A stretch of DNA of 64,000 bases from Prorocentrum cordatum (taxonomy: Eukaryota): NCBI GenBank assembly GCA_963575745.1, contig CAUYUJ010000003.1, positions 620,001 to 684,000 on the forward strand. Direction: 5' to 3'. Positions 26,693-40,200 of this stretch are shown here, piece after piece. How positions within the stretch are numbered: position 1 is the stretch's first letter; the number at the start of each line of letters is the position of its first letter. Below the pieces are notes generated by a model that worked only from the letters and a program-made list of their open reading frames with translations, did no database searches and was not told the DNA's origin. The translations under genes and the position numbers were made by a program.

Positions 26693-29600
26693 AGAGCATA
26701 AACTCCGCCCTCATGGCACGCACCCCGACAAGCGAAGCAATTCAGCAATCGCACCCAAGGAGACGGAATCGAACAAGCCTGGGCTGTTGTGTAAAAGCGC
26801 AGGACCATTCAGCAAATGCCAAGTATGATGGTCGGAGTCTTAGCTGCCCCGGTACGCAGCACGTAGCGTGTCGACACGGAGCTCAACACGTAGAGTGAAC
26901 ACGTAGATTGAAGAAGCCTTCCCCCCTTCCCCATACCTCTTCTGCGCGTGGCCGAATCAATGGGACCGTGTATCCACAAGATCGCGCCTGGGTGGCCTGA
27001 CCACAAGGGCACGGATACTCGGGGGTGGACAGAAGCCCCCTGTACCAAAACGCCCTTTCGGGAAAGCTGCTAGGGACACTCCGCGTGCGCACGGCACCGC
27101 CGCACGGCGCCCCATTCAGAGTGCACCAGGGCGGGGTAGCTCATCGACGTCCAAAAACAACTGGACGTATCCAGCGAGACGCACGTCGATTAGCGAAACC
27201 GACTGGGGACTGCACTGGCACACTCGAATGCCAATGTCGAGTGAAGCAGTGCAGATGTCCTCAGTCGACTGACGGCGAGGGCATTATAAAAGGAACCCTA
27301 TCACCGCCGCCCTCATCACACAAGGAATCCTTCAGAGTCTGAAGCCTCCTGGGTCCATTCCTTCACGAAGGCCCCCACAGTATCTGGCCCGTCCGACGTC
27401 CTCCTCCTGAAGAATCAAGAAAATACCGATACGGTCACTTCCCAGAGCTCTCCCAGGCTGCGTACTGACCAGAATTTGGAAGCGAATCCAACCGTGGCGA
27501 CAAGGGCCTCCCAGGAGGCCCGATAAGGATCTTCCTTCGTCATTGCCAAGCGCACCAACCGTGTCTCCGTGGGCTTCCTCCCTGTGCCCGAAGCCGAAGT
27601 GAGGATGCGTGCGTCGCTCGCGAGGCCTCCGGCGCCCGTTCGGCGCGCACGGAGGTCTGCGCGAAGGCCATGCCGTCGAGGCCACCGTCGAGGTGATCGT
27701 CCTGTCGGGGCGCCCTGTGATGACGATGACGATGACGCTGAAAATGATGCTATCGTCATCGTCATCGTTATCGTCATCGTGATCGCACCCGCCGCTCCAG
27801 GCACCTCCCCCCCGGGACATCCCCTTTCCCTGCGGAGAGGAAGAGAGAGGAGGAGGAGAGGTAGGAGGAGGAGGAGAAGTAGGAGGAGGAGAAGAGGAGA
27901 AGAGGAGGAGAAGAGGAGGAGAAGAGGAGGAGGCGAAGGCATCGGCGCAACCGCGCGAACCTGTCCGCAGCTTCGAGCTTCGAGCTTCGAGGAGGAGGAG
28001 GAGGAGGAGAAGGAAGAGCGCACGTCGGCTGGGGGGAGGAAGCGCGCTGGCGACGTCGTGACGGAGAGCGCGAAAATTCCAGATCGCACCGCATCGCCGA
28101 TGAATCGGCGCTGCGGCGCGATCCTCCGACCCCCCCTGAGTTGGCCTCGTTGGGAGGCCTGGGCCCTGGGCGGGCTCCGCGGGGCGGGAGGCTGGGAAAT
28201 GCTCGGGACGTGGACGCTTAGGGACCCGTAAGTGGTTAGCGTGCCGCGCCGCCGCGTGGTGGGCCAGATCCGGCAGAGCGACACGCTATCCAGAAGTCCC
28301 GTGGAGGCCCAACTACGGCGACTCCGAAAGGTGTGGTTTGCAGAAGGTGTGGTTTCCAACCTGCGCCGTGGAGGGCACCCTGCGGGGCGGGCGAAGACCT
28401 CAACGGAGCTCTCCGCCGCGTCCCGAGGAGGCCCGACGAGGGCATTGTCGTGCCCCCCAGGCCCAACGACCCCGATCGCAGACCTAGGGGACCAGACATC
28501 GACATAAGCATGAAAGACTAGGAGGCCCGCGCGGATTCCTCGGGAAGGGCACTCACTGATGCCCCCTGGCGGCGCCTGCGGCGCCGGCCCCGGCGCGCTC
28601 CGCGCACCAGGGAGGTGTTCCAGCGCGGACATCCACACCCAGGCGTAACCATACCCTCTGTAGCCGCCGACAGATATTACCTCTTTGAAGAGGCCGAGGG
28701 GACACACGAATAGATAGACACAGATCCCAGGATGCCCCAGATGTTCAATATTGTCTGGATGTTCGTCTTCCCCTCCACTTCCCATATTTTACATCTGTCG
28801 CCGCGTCGCTCGTCTTGAACGCGCACAAATGGACGACGCCGGCACCACGGCAAACAAACGGGAAACCCTGCGCCGAGCACCCCAAGCAGACGACGCCGCC
28901 GCGTGGCCGCGCCCGAGGCGGCGTGTGCCCTCGTGGCCGCGGCACCCTGTCCGAGACGGAAGGTCGCGCGTCAGAACAAACGGCGCGGCGACACGGTTTC
29001 CATATTTTCTGGGGAGGCGGGGCCTGTCTGTGTCTGTGTGTTCTGTTCCCTCACGCGGCTGAGGATGACGTGCTGGGCGCCGCGGCCTTCTCAGAGCGTT
29101 TCGGAACGCTGGGAGAGCTTCCCGGAACGCTCTGGAACGGATGTACCCTCGTCCTAGCCCTGCCCGACACTTCCCATAGTGCCACCAGCCCTCGGGGCGT
29201 CGGTGGTTTAGGGAGTTTCCTCTTCCACCCCTCCTTCTTTCCCTTCGGGGAGGGGTTTACCCCTCCCCCTACCCCCTCCCCATAGACCTGGACAAAGGGT
29301 TTCGCGAGTCGTCGGAGCGTCCAAAACGGCCTCGGCGAGGAAGCGTCAACAGTGTCCGCATTTTCCTGAGAATCGACGATTCGTGCATGTGTTCCCTCCT
29401 GGGTCCTGCTCGCCAGCAGGCTCTGCCGGGCGTGGCCCCTCCCCGCCGGGGCCCGCCGCGTGGAGCCCGGCGCTCAGGCTGTTGAGCGCGCCCGCGGGCG
29501 CCAGCAGCAGCAGGAGCAGCGCGAGGGTGGCAGTCCTGCGGGTCGGCGGCGAGATCGGGGGGGAGTTTCGGGTTCGAGGTTCGAGGTTCGAGGTTCTCGA

Positions 29601-30064
29601 AGGTCTCCGTGGGCTCCCGGCGGACTTCTAGACTCGGGGTGCCTTCCAGCGGCTGCGCCTGGCCGAGAGAGCGTTCTGGAGCTGCCCGGACCGTCCCGAG
29701 CGGCCACCAGATACTTGATTTATGGCCCGAAAATCAAGTCACCCGGAGGGGAAGTGAGAAGGAGCGGGCCTTCCCAGAAGGCTCGGAAGTCCCCGGGCCT
29801 TCTGAGAACTGCCCTGAGCCCTCCCCGTGGACACGGAACACTTGTCAGAAGGCCAGAGCGCTTGTGAGCTCTTCTGAGAAGTCCGAAGTCCCGCCGCCTT
29901 CTGAGAAAGCCTCCTCCTTCTCACTTCCCCCCCTCGCTCGCCGCCGACCAGAGGATCACGACGCGCGCTTTTGTTTCCCACATCCTAGGTGGGGTTCCTG
30001 CTTTCCCTGGACACCCCCGCGTTGGAAAGAGCACCTCCCCGTGTCTTCCTCTCTTGATTTCACA

Positions 30065-30184
30065 TTCACCATCGCAATGACACCATCATCATTATCATCA
30101 TCGCCACCACCATCATAATCACCATCACCACCCCCATCATCACCATCACCATCAACATACTCATCATCATCACCATCACCATCA

Positions 30185-30262
<78 letters not shown>

Positions 30263-30770
30263 AACCATCACCATCGCCATCAACATCATCAGCATGATCG
30301 TCATCCTTAACACCATCCATCATGATCATCGGTCATCATCATCACAACGCCTTGTTTGCACACTCGCCATCACCATCATCATCAGACCACCGTCATCATC
30401 ACCGTCATCATCACCACCACCATCACCACGATCATCAGCATCATCATCGTCATCATCATAATCACCACCAGCACCAAGAGAATCATCATCATCAACACCA
30501 TCACCATTATCATCACCACCACCACCACCATTACCACGATCATCAGCATCGTCGTCATAATCAGCATCCTGATCCTCATCCTCATCCTCATCCTCCTCCT
30601 CCTCATCATCATCATCAGCATCATCTTCGTAATCAGCATCACCATCATTATCATCATCGTCAACACCATCCCATGATGACCACAAACATCATAACCACAC
30701 CTTCTTTCCAAACTCACCATCACCATATTCATCAGACCACCGTCATCACGATCACCATCCCATTATGATC
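30065..30770. repeat. (CAT)n microsatellite
   Basis: Pure core at about 30185-30262, degenerate flanks. Confidence 0.96.
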
Positions 30771-30789
30771 ACCGGTCTTCATACTGAAT

Positions 30790-31645
30790 CCTGTGCCAGA
30801 CTCAGGCGGGATCCCCATCCCTATGGGTCCTGTACTCCATGTTACTAATCCGAACGGGCCATCCGAACATTTATTTGTCGTTACTTCTGGGCCCCCGAGG
30901 CTTGAATATTCAGGAAGTCCCCGCCTCGTCTGTGAGTGAATTGCGGGGGAGTCTCAAGCGGGAGCCCCCTCCTGAGAGGGCCCGCACTTCATACTACGAA
31001 ACCGAGCGGGGCATCCGAAACCTGTAACTGTCGTCTCTTTTGAGCTCCTGAGGCTTAGATCTCCAGGAAGTCTCGGGCGGAGGCCTTGTCTGTGAGTGAA
31101 CTGTTAGGGAGTCTCAGGCGGGAGCCCCGTCCCTATGGAGCCCGCACTTCATGGTACAAATCCGAGCGGGCCATCCGAGACCTGTAACTGTCGTGTCTTT
31201 TGAGTTCCTGAGGACTGAGTATGGAGGAAACATTGAGCGGGAGCCTTGTGTGTGAGTGACTGGTGAGGAAGTCTCGAGCGGGAGCCCCCTCGCTATGGGG
31301 CCCGCATCACTCGATGCATTTTTGATCCAATGGGGTCACACGGAACATGTACTTGTTTGTCTTCACTTTTGAACTCCTGAGGCTTGAATCTTCAGGAAGT
31401 CTCGGGCAGGCCTTGTCTGTGAGCGAATTGTGAGGGAGTCTCAGGCCGGAGCCCCCTTCCCTATGCGGCCCACATCTCATACCACCAATCCGAGCAGGTC
31501 ATCCGAAACCTGCAACAGTCATCGCGCTTGAGCTATTGAGGACTGAGGATGGAGGAAGTCTTGAGCGGGAGCCTCGTCTGTGAGTGACTTGTGAAGACGT
31601 CTCGAGCGGGAGCCCCCTCCCGGTGGGGCCCGCACCTCATGTATT
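30790..31645. repeat. ~160-bp minisatellite, about 5.3 diverged units
   Basis: Anchor tgtgag(t/c)ga at 30931, 31091, 31251, 31418 and 31579, each followed by gtctc..gcgggagcccc...ggcccgcac. Confidence 0.9.
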
Positions 31646-33719
31646 TAATCCCCGGGAGTGGACGGAAAGGAGGTGAGGATTACTCTTGTACTAACTGAGA
31701 AGAATCTTAGCTGGGGTCCGACCGTCGGAGTAATACTACTCGGCATCGAAGATCGCGCCTCCACGATCTAAATGCCCTGCCTTGTTGAACATCTTCTGGG
31801 CCTCATCGTCGCCACATCTGGTCTTGCGCCCGAATTCTGGCCAGTACGCGCTCCAGGATTGGTCCAGTGATCGACTGTGAGGCCCGAAAACGAAATTTCC
31901 TCGGACATGCGACGTCCTGCCTTTCTCCATACGGGGGTCCCCGGAAGTCCCGAACCTTTCCCAGGGCCGGTTTTTCATCTCGAGTCGTCTTTTTGACTGT
32001 CCCGAGGCCCGGAGAAGGCCCCTGGAGGCGAAAAACTGCCAAACAACCGTCCGTCGTGATGTTCTCACGACGCGAGCATTTCTGGGTCCTCTCTTCGTGA
32101 AGCAAACCGAGGAGGCGGTGTTCGACAGTCTTCTGCCATGGAGGGCCCCTTACCATACGCAGGAGGAGCCGTTCCAGGGGAAGGGTCCAGGTCTCCAGGG
32201 GTCTACGCTGCAAAGAAAAAACAAGTCGTCGGAGTTCTGTCGCAGGGGGACGGGGGCGACCTGGGCTTGGTTAGTCTAGGCCTCACAAATCGGAAGCGAG
32301 CAATAAAGGGTCGGAGGATCACGCCGCATCGATGATGCGGCTCGATGCGGAACCAGAATTTCTCCACACCAGCGGCGCCGATGCATCGCCGACGTCGCCG
32401 GTAGATCGCCGAAGTATTGGCGATGTGGCGCGATCCTCCGACCCCATCTACTCTGACCCCATCTGAGAGACCTCTACTTAAAGCCTTCCTCCAAGGGTGA
32501 AGCCCCGAACCGAACCTTGGAAGCCCCTCCTTTGCTGGTTTGGTTTGGGCCTCCTCCCCGCGAGAGTGGGAGGAGCTTTCCGCCAGGAGGGCGGGAAGTG
32601 CGCGAGTGGGAGATGGCCGCCAGACGCTGGAGAGCAGGCAACCGCACGGTCTACACCTGCTCCTTAGCTCCCGCACCATCTGGTGCAAGGCTCGGGGCGA
32701 ACGAAAGGTAGTAGCAGATGACGCTTCCAGGCGCCATACGCGCCAATGTACAAAAGAAAGCGCCTTACGGGGCGGGGCCGAAAGCAGCTGCACGCAGAAG
32801 ATGTCGTAATCCCCGCTTCCCCATTACTTCCTTTCGATCGACCTGAAAGGCTTTCCTGACCTGAAGTGGGCGACGGAAAGGAACCGGCTTAACGCGGGAT
32901 GCCAGCGATCTTACGCGGTGGCTTACGCGGGGCGCCAGCGCGGCACGCTGCGTTGGAGATGCTGGCGCTTACGCATAACTGATGATAGTAGTTATCGTGT
33001 TGGGAGCAAGGGGTTGGGAGGATGAAGGGTCTGAGCGATGGCATCCAGATGCAATGAACGATACCTTCGGCCGCCTACGGTTAATGATATCCGATATCCT
33101 CATCTCCCCCAAACCCCCACCCGATAAGTGTCTTCCTGAGCGAACTTACGTGGGCAGCTTAAGCGCCAATGTCGGCGCGGTCGAGCTGCTTCTCTTGCGT
33201 CGCTCAGATGGGTTCTCCTGGCACCTGGGGAAGGAGGGGGCGCTCTAGGCTTGGCTGGGCCGTTCCTCGATGGGGGAATCCCAAACCAACCCTCGGTTGG
33301 GCCTGAACCGCGCGTAGATACACCGAAATATATAGGCCGTGTCCCATAAGGCATCGCAGCAACGCCACAAACAAAAGTATAGTGCATAATGTTCTGGCCA
33401 GTTCTCCGGGCGACAGGTGTTGAACACAAATATACACTGCGTTTGGGCCGCCATTTGCCACTAGGTCACTAGGTTGTGGACAAGCATAACACAGCACAGT
33501 TGACATATTCCTGGCCCCGACTTTCCTCGAGCCGGGAATCCCCGACCAACCCTTGGAAGCCACCTCCTACATAGTAATCGAGGCTTCCTGCCTCCGAACC
33601 GGCACGAACAGACCCCTGGAAGCCCACGCGGATTTCCGGGATCGGCACCGATCACCCCCCTCCCCCTGGCGCGCGGAGCGCGCCAGCGGGGCATCGCCAG
33701 AGGGGCCGCCAGCACCGAC

Positions 33720-35890
33720 CCGGGAAGTCCGCGCGGACCTCCGAGAGTGTAGTTACGTGCATGCCGTCTTCGCTCCTTCCATCAAAGACCACGCTTCCCC
33801 AGCACCAGCGCTTCATCCTGAATCACGTCTTGACGGTGCTGGGTCCCAGCTAAGCATCCCCAGAGGCCAAACATAAGCAAAAACCACGCGTGGCGTTTTT
33901 TTGTTGCAACGAATAAAACATACGGTTCCTACCCCGAAAGTCCGCGCCATGTCAGCAAGCCCTGTGGTCGGTGGAGGGGCTCGCTCTTACCACCAACATG
34001 CGCCCAAGAACGCCCCCACAAGCCGGAAGGGGCCCCCAGAAAGCTCAAAAGAGGCGACCAAAGGGACATTAAGCCTAAGAGGCTTCACCCGCGAACGTCT
34101 TCCCCCTTCTGGGGGTCGGCGGAATGGAGTGAGCCTCTTGAGTCCGCCCGCCCACTGGGCTAAGGGGCGTGTGAGACTTAACTACGAGGGCTCCTTCCAG
34201 ATCTTCATCCGCCCCCTAATCCCCCCTCGGAGGCCTCCGCAATTCCGTCGCCTGGCTGCACTCAATCCCTTTTTCGGGCCCCAAGAGGGCTTCCAAACGG
34301 CGTCCAAGACGAATTGGATTTTCAGATCGCTTGCAATACGGTTTTCGGCCGCATTCCGGGTCGATTTTGACCCCGTCGGGAGCCCCTCTTGGCCTCCAAA
34401 ATCGACTCCTGGGCTCAACAACGCGAACAGACTGGAAACTTTAAAAACATAAACAAAACCAACAGTTTTTCATGATTTGGACCTCGCCAAGGGTCGCCTG
34501 GACGCCCCTTCTGGCTGACTTCTGGGCTCGCCTGGGGCATTCTTCAGCGTGTCAACTTCGACGCCGTTTTCGGACACGCTCTGGGCTCAACTTTCAACGA
34601 AAAAGGGCCCAACTTGAGCCCCAAAACGAAGCCCAAAACGGCCCAGAACCGGCCAGGCTTTTACCGGAAGACGGACGGCGCTGCAGTCCAATGCGGGGAT
34701 GCTCGCGCTTGGGTCGTCCACAAGCCCGCCTGGCCGCCTCGGGCCCGTCTTGCGCCCGTCCTTTTCCGCGCCCTTTTCGGCCCTTGTTGGCGCCTTTTGG
34801 AGCCGTTTGCGGACCGTCTTTGGCTGGTCTTGGGCAGCGTTCTGGTTATCTCTGGCCTCCTGCTGTGGATAAGGAGCGAAGGTCAAGACGGCCAGCGTCC
34901 ATATCACTGATCCGTTGGTAATGATAGCACGGCCGACGACAAATCGACAAATAGAACATCGGTCAGCCACACGGCATACCTGAGTCCTACCGACGATGGG
35001 ATGTAGGAGGAATTGAACGCATGACAAAATACAAAACACACCTGTGCGGGAGTCAATCACCATTGTCGGGATGTAATCATCCCGACAACGGCGCCATCTT
35101 CGTCTCTGGGTCTAAGCCGTCTTGGAGCCGTCTTCGCCTCGTCCGGCGAGACCTGGAATGGGCGGGCGGTGACCGCGAAGCGTCTCAGATCAAAGTGTGC
35201 GGTTCCTGCCCCCGAAAGTCCGCGCCATGTCAGCAAGCCCAGGGGAGGATCTCGCTCGTGAGATCGCACGGATCCCCTGGGGGGCAGCCGCGGCCTAGTA
35301 GGAACCGGAGAAGGGGCAGCGGAGGCCCGAAGAGGGGTGGCTCGGGGCCTGCGCTTGAGACGGAATGGCTGCGGAGCAACAAAGAACAGCATGGTCAGCG
35401 TAGCGCACATCGCTCAAGAAACCCTGCATCCGCACAAGAAAGCCGCGCTGACCTCCGCAAATTCATGTTCATGCCGAGGTGCATTCTTCGATTACTCAGG
35501 CTCTCGCCTTGCTGTTCCAGGGCCACCTGTGGGGTCAAATCCGCTCAGAATCGGTTCCCCGACCTCTCCCAGATTCGTTTCTGATTGTCCCAGAGCCCGA
35601 AAACGGCCCACAGAGGCGAAATATTACAATCAACACATTCTCAAACCTAGAACCTCGAACCTGCCCCCCCTTCCTGCTGGCCAGAAGCAGTGCTGGGCCA
35701 TCTCGGACCCCCAGCCGGCTCCAAACAGAGGACGGCCTGGCCAGCGTGGCGCAAATCGTCCAAAAAACCATGAATACATACAAGTTCCACCTCTTGGATG
35801 GCCGATCCAAAGAAGCCGCGCGGACCTCCGCAAGTTCATGATCATGCCGATCTGCATTCTTCGATTGTGCCGGCTCGCGCCCTGCCGGCC
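33720..35890 (+). repeat. Patchwork of a dispersed non-coding repeat family
   Basis: ccgcgc(g/t)gacctccg...catgccg at about 33729, 35443 and 35816. ccccgaaagtccgcgccatgtcagcaagccc at about 33932 and 35210. Confidence 0.75.
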
Positions 35891-36154
35891 CATGGGCACC
35901 CTTTGGCATTACCCGGCCTCCACCTGAGAAAGCAGCGGCGGCCTCCTCCCTCGATGTTCGAGTCGACGGTCATGTCCTCCTCGCATCGGAAGGGCGGGCG
36001 CGCGGGGCAGACGCGAGGCCATGGCGACCAAGCCTCTGCACCACTGATGCCGAAGGGACAGGTTGCGAAGACGACGCGGGTGGAGCAGTGTTCAGAATCA
36101 GTCTGCGGAGGAGGGCAAGTTCAGACATCAGCGCCCCTCCCGACTTTGAAGGCG

Positions 36155-36476
36155 AAGGAGGGAGGCAGGGAAGGAGGGAGGGGAGGAGGAGGGGAGGTGA
36201 GACGAAGGCGGAGGGAGAGAAGGAGGAGGAAGCTGAGGAGGAGGGGGCGGAGGAGGAGAAGGATGAGGGAGGAGGAGGAGGAGGAGGAGGAGGAGGAGGA
36301 GGAGGAGGAGGAGGAGGAGGAGGAGGAGGAGGAGGAGGAGGAGGAGGAGGAGGAGGAGGAGGAGGAGGAGGAGGAGGAGGAGGAGGAGGAGGAGGAGGAG
36401 GAGGAGGAGGAGGAGGAGGAGGAGGGAGGAGGAGGAAGAGGAGGAAAAGGAGGAGGAGGAGGAGGAGGAGGAGGAG
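36155..36476. repeat. (GGA)n microsatellite
   Basis: Pure ggaggagga at about 36268-36423. Confidence 0.97.
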
Positions 36477-37299
36477 AAAAAGGATTTTTCAACACCACCA
36501 CGCACGCACACCACCACAGGCCATCCTCGATACGCGCATCTGCTGGCTACGCGCAGGAGGGGCGAAAAGAGGACCTCTCCCGTGCGATGGACTACTATAG
36601 CCCACCGCCACGGGGAGGTACGTTATAAAAAAACCTTCTAGGCCCTTTATCAAGCCAAGCACCCGCGTCGAGAGTGGCAGCCATTTTCGAGCGCTTGCCT
36701 TGAACAGTACGCGACAAACGATAACGTCTGCCGTGATCGGCGGGCTCGTCATTCCTGGGCGGGGCCCACGCACTTTGTCCGAAGGTTGTGGACCCTCCCC
36801 CGCACGTGTAATACTTACAGTTCAAACAAGCTGATACAACCCGTCACCATCGCAGTAGTCTAGCACGATTGACTTATGGCAAGCATCGCGCAATAATTCA
36901 CACATTAAACATTTGATGCTAGGCGCATCGCGGCAACATCCTCCGATGGGTCTATTCACGCTACGTGACGATCACCAACAGCCGGAGCACAACCAGAACC
37001 TGCCTTCCCAATTCCACTCGCGGCGAGGACCTGGCGGTGCCTTGGCCATGGGCGGCGGCTTTAGCCGCGAGACATCGCTTAGATCGAGCCCAGGATTCAT
37101 TGGCGCGACGCCAGCACCAAGCAAACAGGCTAGCCTAGAGACGAGCTGCTGCCTGCTAAGCCTATCACGCTCGGCCTGAAAGGGCTAAGGGGTGTCGCGC
37201 GGCAGCCTGTCGGGCTGCAGCGCCAGCTCAATCATTTCCTTGCTTGTAGAACTTATGCTCATCAGTTAAACCGGGTCGGTCAAGCTGGTGCCCTTCGGC

Positions 37300-40200
37300 C
37301 TTGATGATGTCACCCGAGGCCTGACCCAGCGTTTGGAGCAGGAGCCCAGCGCACGGGCGAACATGGGAGAGCTTGGCCATAAGGGGCTCCATGAGGGGTC
37401 TGTGGAAACAAATTCAGAAGGGGTCCCGAGCTAGATGGTTACCTTGGCCATCCAAGAGAATAACCGCCCACCCCGCCCTGGAGAGCTCTGGAGAGACTTC
37501 CCTAGAACAGGATCCGTCGACGAATATATGCCCTTGGAGGCTCGTGGAGGAACTGTTGGGGTTATGGTACCAGTATATCTGCAACTTATTGTCAACGCCG
37601 TCAGCAGTAGGCCTCGGAAACAGATCTGCTGGGTGTTCAGACAGCCCACGAGAAAACAATCCATGCTCAGCATAATCGTTGGATTCAGAGAATTCTGGAG
37701 GGGGTGAATTGTGGTTATACTTACCCTGAGTGTATCCTCTCTGATCTTCGCAGGCTGGGCAGTGCCACAAGCGATGTAATATGCTATCTTCAGCACTCCC
37801 CCCCCATAGCGGGCACACAAGGAATATGCCAGCTGTTAACCATCTGCTGTAGCTATCGTTTCTGTCCACACCGCGTTGCAACAAACCGCCTTGATGTATC
37901 CTTTTACGATAAAGGGCTGACTCTCTTTTTTCTGCATCATGGCGCGCACCTAATCATGACACACGCGCGCAGGTTGCGGTATATGGCTCAGCAACTGCGC
38001 ACCTGACCTGCGCTCGCGGCAGGCTCGGGTGGCCAGGCGCAGGCGCCGCTTCAAAAGTGCCGGGGGGATCAGCGTCAGCGGATACTCAACCCCCTTGTGG
38101 TCCACAACCGTAGTGGACGAAAGCATGTACCAACCCATCTCACTGAGACTTAGCTTGAAGGCCCCTATGGGCCCCGTAACTTTCTTCCAACTGGCCCAGG
38201 GCTCCGAAACGCACGACCCCAGGCCTCCCGAATCTCGGTCCAGGAAAAAGTGAACTGGTAGCTTCTGAAACGAAGGGCCCATATTTCCTTGGCGCACCTA
38301 AGGACAGGGGCCGCGGGACCGTAGAACATGTGATCTCGATCCAGGATCAACGCCGACGTGAGGGACCTGGACACAGATTCCGGACGACTGCATCTTCCGT
38401 AGGACGCGCGGGCCCTAGACCATTCGAAATCCGAAATTCCATGAAATTCGGCCCCGTAGTAGTACCCAGGGAGTGGTCCCGTGATGAACAGTTTGCTGGC
38501 GTGGCGTCCCAAGATCTGTCGAAACATATGCGACCTTCGGGTTTTCGTTTTCAAGGTGTGAGACCGAAACTCGAAAACGCGCGAACAGGCCTTGGCCCGT
38601 CTGGGCCTGCCACTCGCGTGGTCAACCCCCAACTTGGCTGCAGAAGAAACGACCTGGCGTCCAGCCAGCGACCCGATTCGCTTGCGCAGAACACTGACGA
38701 CGTGCTTGTCGGAAGAAGCCAAGCAAGCCTTGTCCCCTGAATTTGCGCTGCCAAGGTCGTGCACAATCAGCTGCTCCAAGTCCTTGGCGGCCTTTGATAA
38801 ATCAAAAGCCACTTCCGAGGTGGGCCCTGCAGCACTGATATCGTAGCCATCGATGAAAATTCGAGCGGAACTTGTGGGGGGAGTTCGAGCTTGTCTAGAG
38901 GTCCGGCGATGAAGACGCCAAGTAGCGTAGCAGCGAACGAACACCCAGCAATAATTCCGAAGTTGGCGAAGGCCGGGCCTGATATGAGTCCCACCAGAGC
39001 CGCGATACTAGCTGATCTATAAAAAGCTATGGGAAGACCGGCAATGGCTGGAGGAAGCCCGTAGGCGCTACATTGTTCACGAAGCGTCGACAAGTTGACT
39101 AATCCGAAGCACCTGTAGAGGTCCCAGAGTAGGGTGGCTGAGGTCCGCCCTCGAATTACTTCGCCCTCGGCTCGAACCGTCTGGCGCCAGACCGCGTCTG
39201 TGCTCGACGAAAACTCCGCAGCTGCAAAAAATGGACTTGGGCTCCGCTCTTCCCGATCGACAGCGCACTTCCTTATGGTTTTCCCCCCATGCCCGATAGA
39301 TAGAACAAAACACGCCAATCGGACGGTAGCCGCCCGTGGCCTTGGCCAATAATGAAAGCATCACAGCGCTAATTTGAACAGGAGCACGCTGGAAACTTCC
39401 ATCGAGAAAAAAATCGGGCCAGCGCGCGGAGCGATCCGTCTGACCGTTGCCAGTAGTGGCGCATGTGGAAGCCGTCTATGGCCGTAGCCGCGCGTCTCGT
39501 AAACTTCCTGCGAACACCCCTGATATCACCAGGCGCAACGCGCTCCAGTGCTGTCTGTGGTTCACGCGTCTCTGGAGGGGGCGGCGCGCTGAACTCTGCG
39601 TTCCACAGTTTTTTGTTTTGTGTGAACTGGGCGTACTCCGCATTCAGCAAAGCCTGAGGGTCCGCAACGATCTTGCCCGCATCGTCGAGAGTGGTGGTAG
39701 GCGTCCATGGTGTGTAGCCGCGTGCCGCTCGGTGGGCCGGCTTTGCCCCTGGCTCGGCATGGTGCAATAGCCATGATCTCCATCCTTCAAGAGCTTGGCG
39801 CTGAGCAATAGCCTCCGCAGAAGCCAATGCAACTTCCAGCAACTCCAGAAAAACATCCTAAGGGGGACCTGATATGTCGCCGCTGCCTCAGGTGCTGCAG
39901 GGTATCAATCCTTCATCAAGGGTATCTGCATCGTGGCGCGAGGAGGCACATCGCGAAGTTCCTGACCAATTCCTGATTTCGATATACGGGCGCGGAAGCA
40001 AGGCGGGGGCGAGGAATGCGCTCCTTGGGCGCTGCCGTGAAAATTGTGGCCGGCTGAATATGCGATGATGTCGTTGGTGCCCGAGCCTGCGTCTGGGCCT
40101 CCCGTCTGCCACCGCCGAGCAGCGATGCTGCCGCATGGGCCGCCGCCAAGTGGTCCTAGGGGCTGCGCTGACCGGGCGCCATGGGCCCGCGGGGGTGGCC

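Noticed and set aside
26720..27560. Protein-like minus-strand fragments (DPYRASWEALVATVGFASKFWSV...)
   Set aside because: Multiple stops and no motif that can be named with confidence.
31781..31870. SGLAPEFWP peptide reminiscent of the copia integrase C-terminal region
   Set aside because: The frame is short and closed, with no other integrase, RT or LTR features nearby.
34613..36690. Partial SL-like matches (cttgagccccaaaacg at 34613; agccatttt at about 36679)
   Set aside because: They are short, lie in non-coding repeat context and are not followed by coding sequence, so they are compatible with chance.
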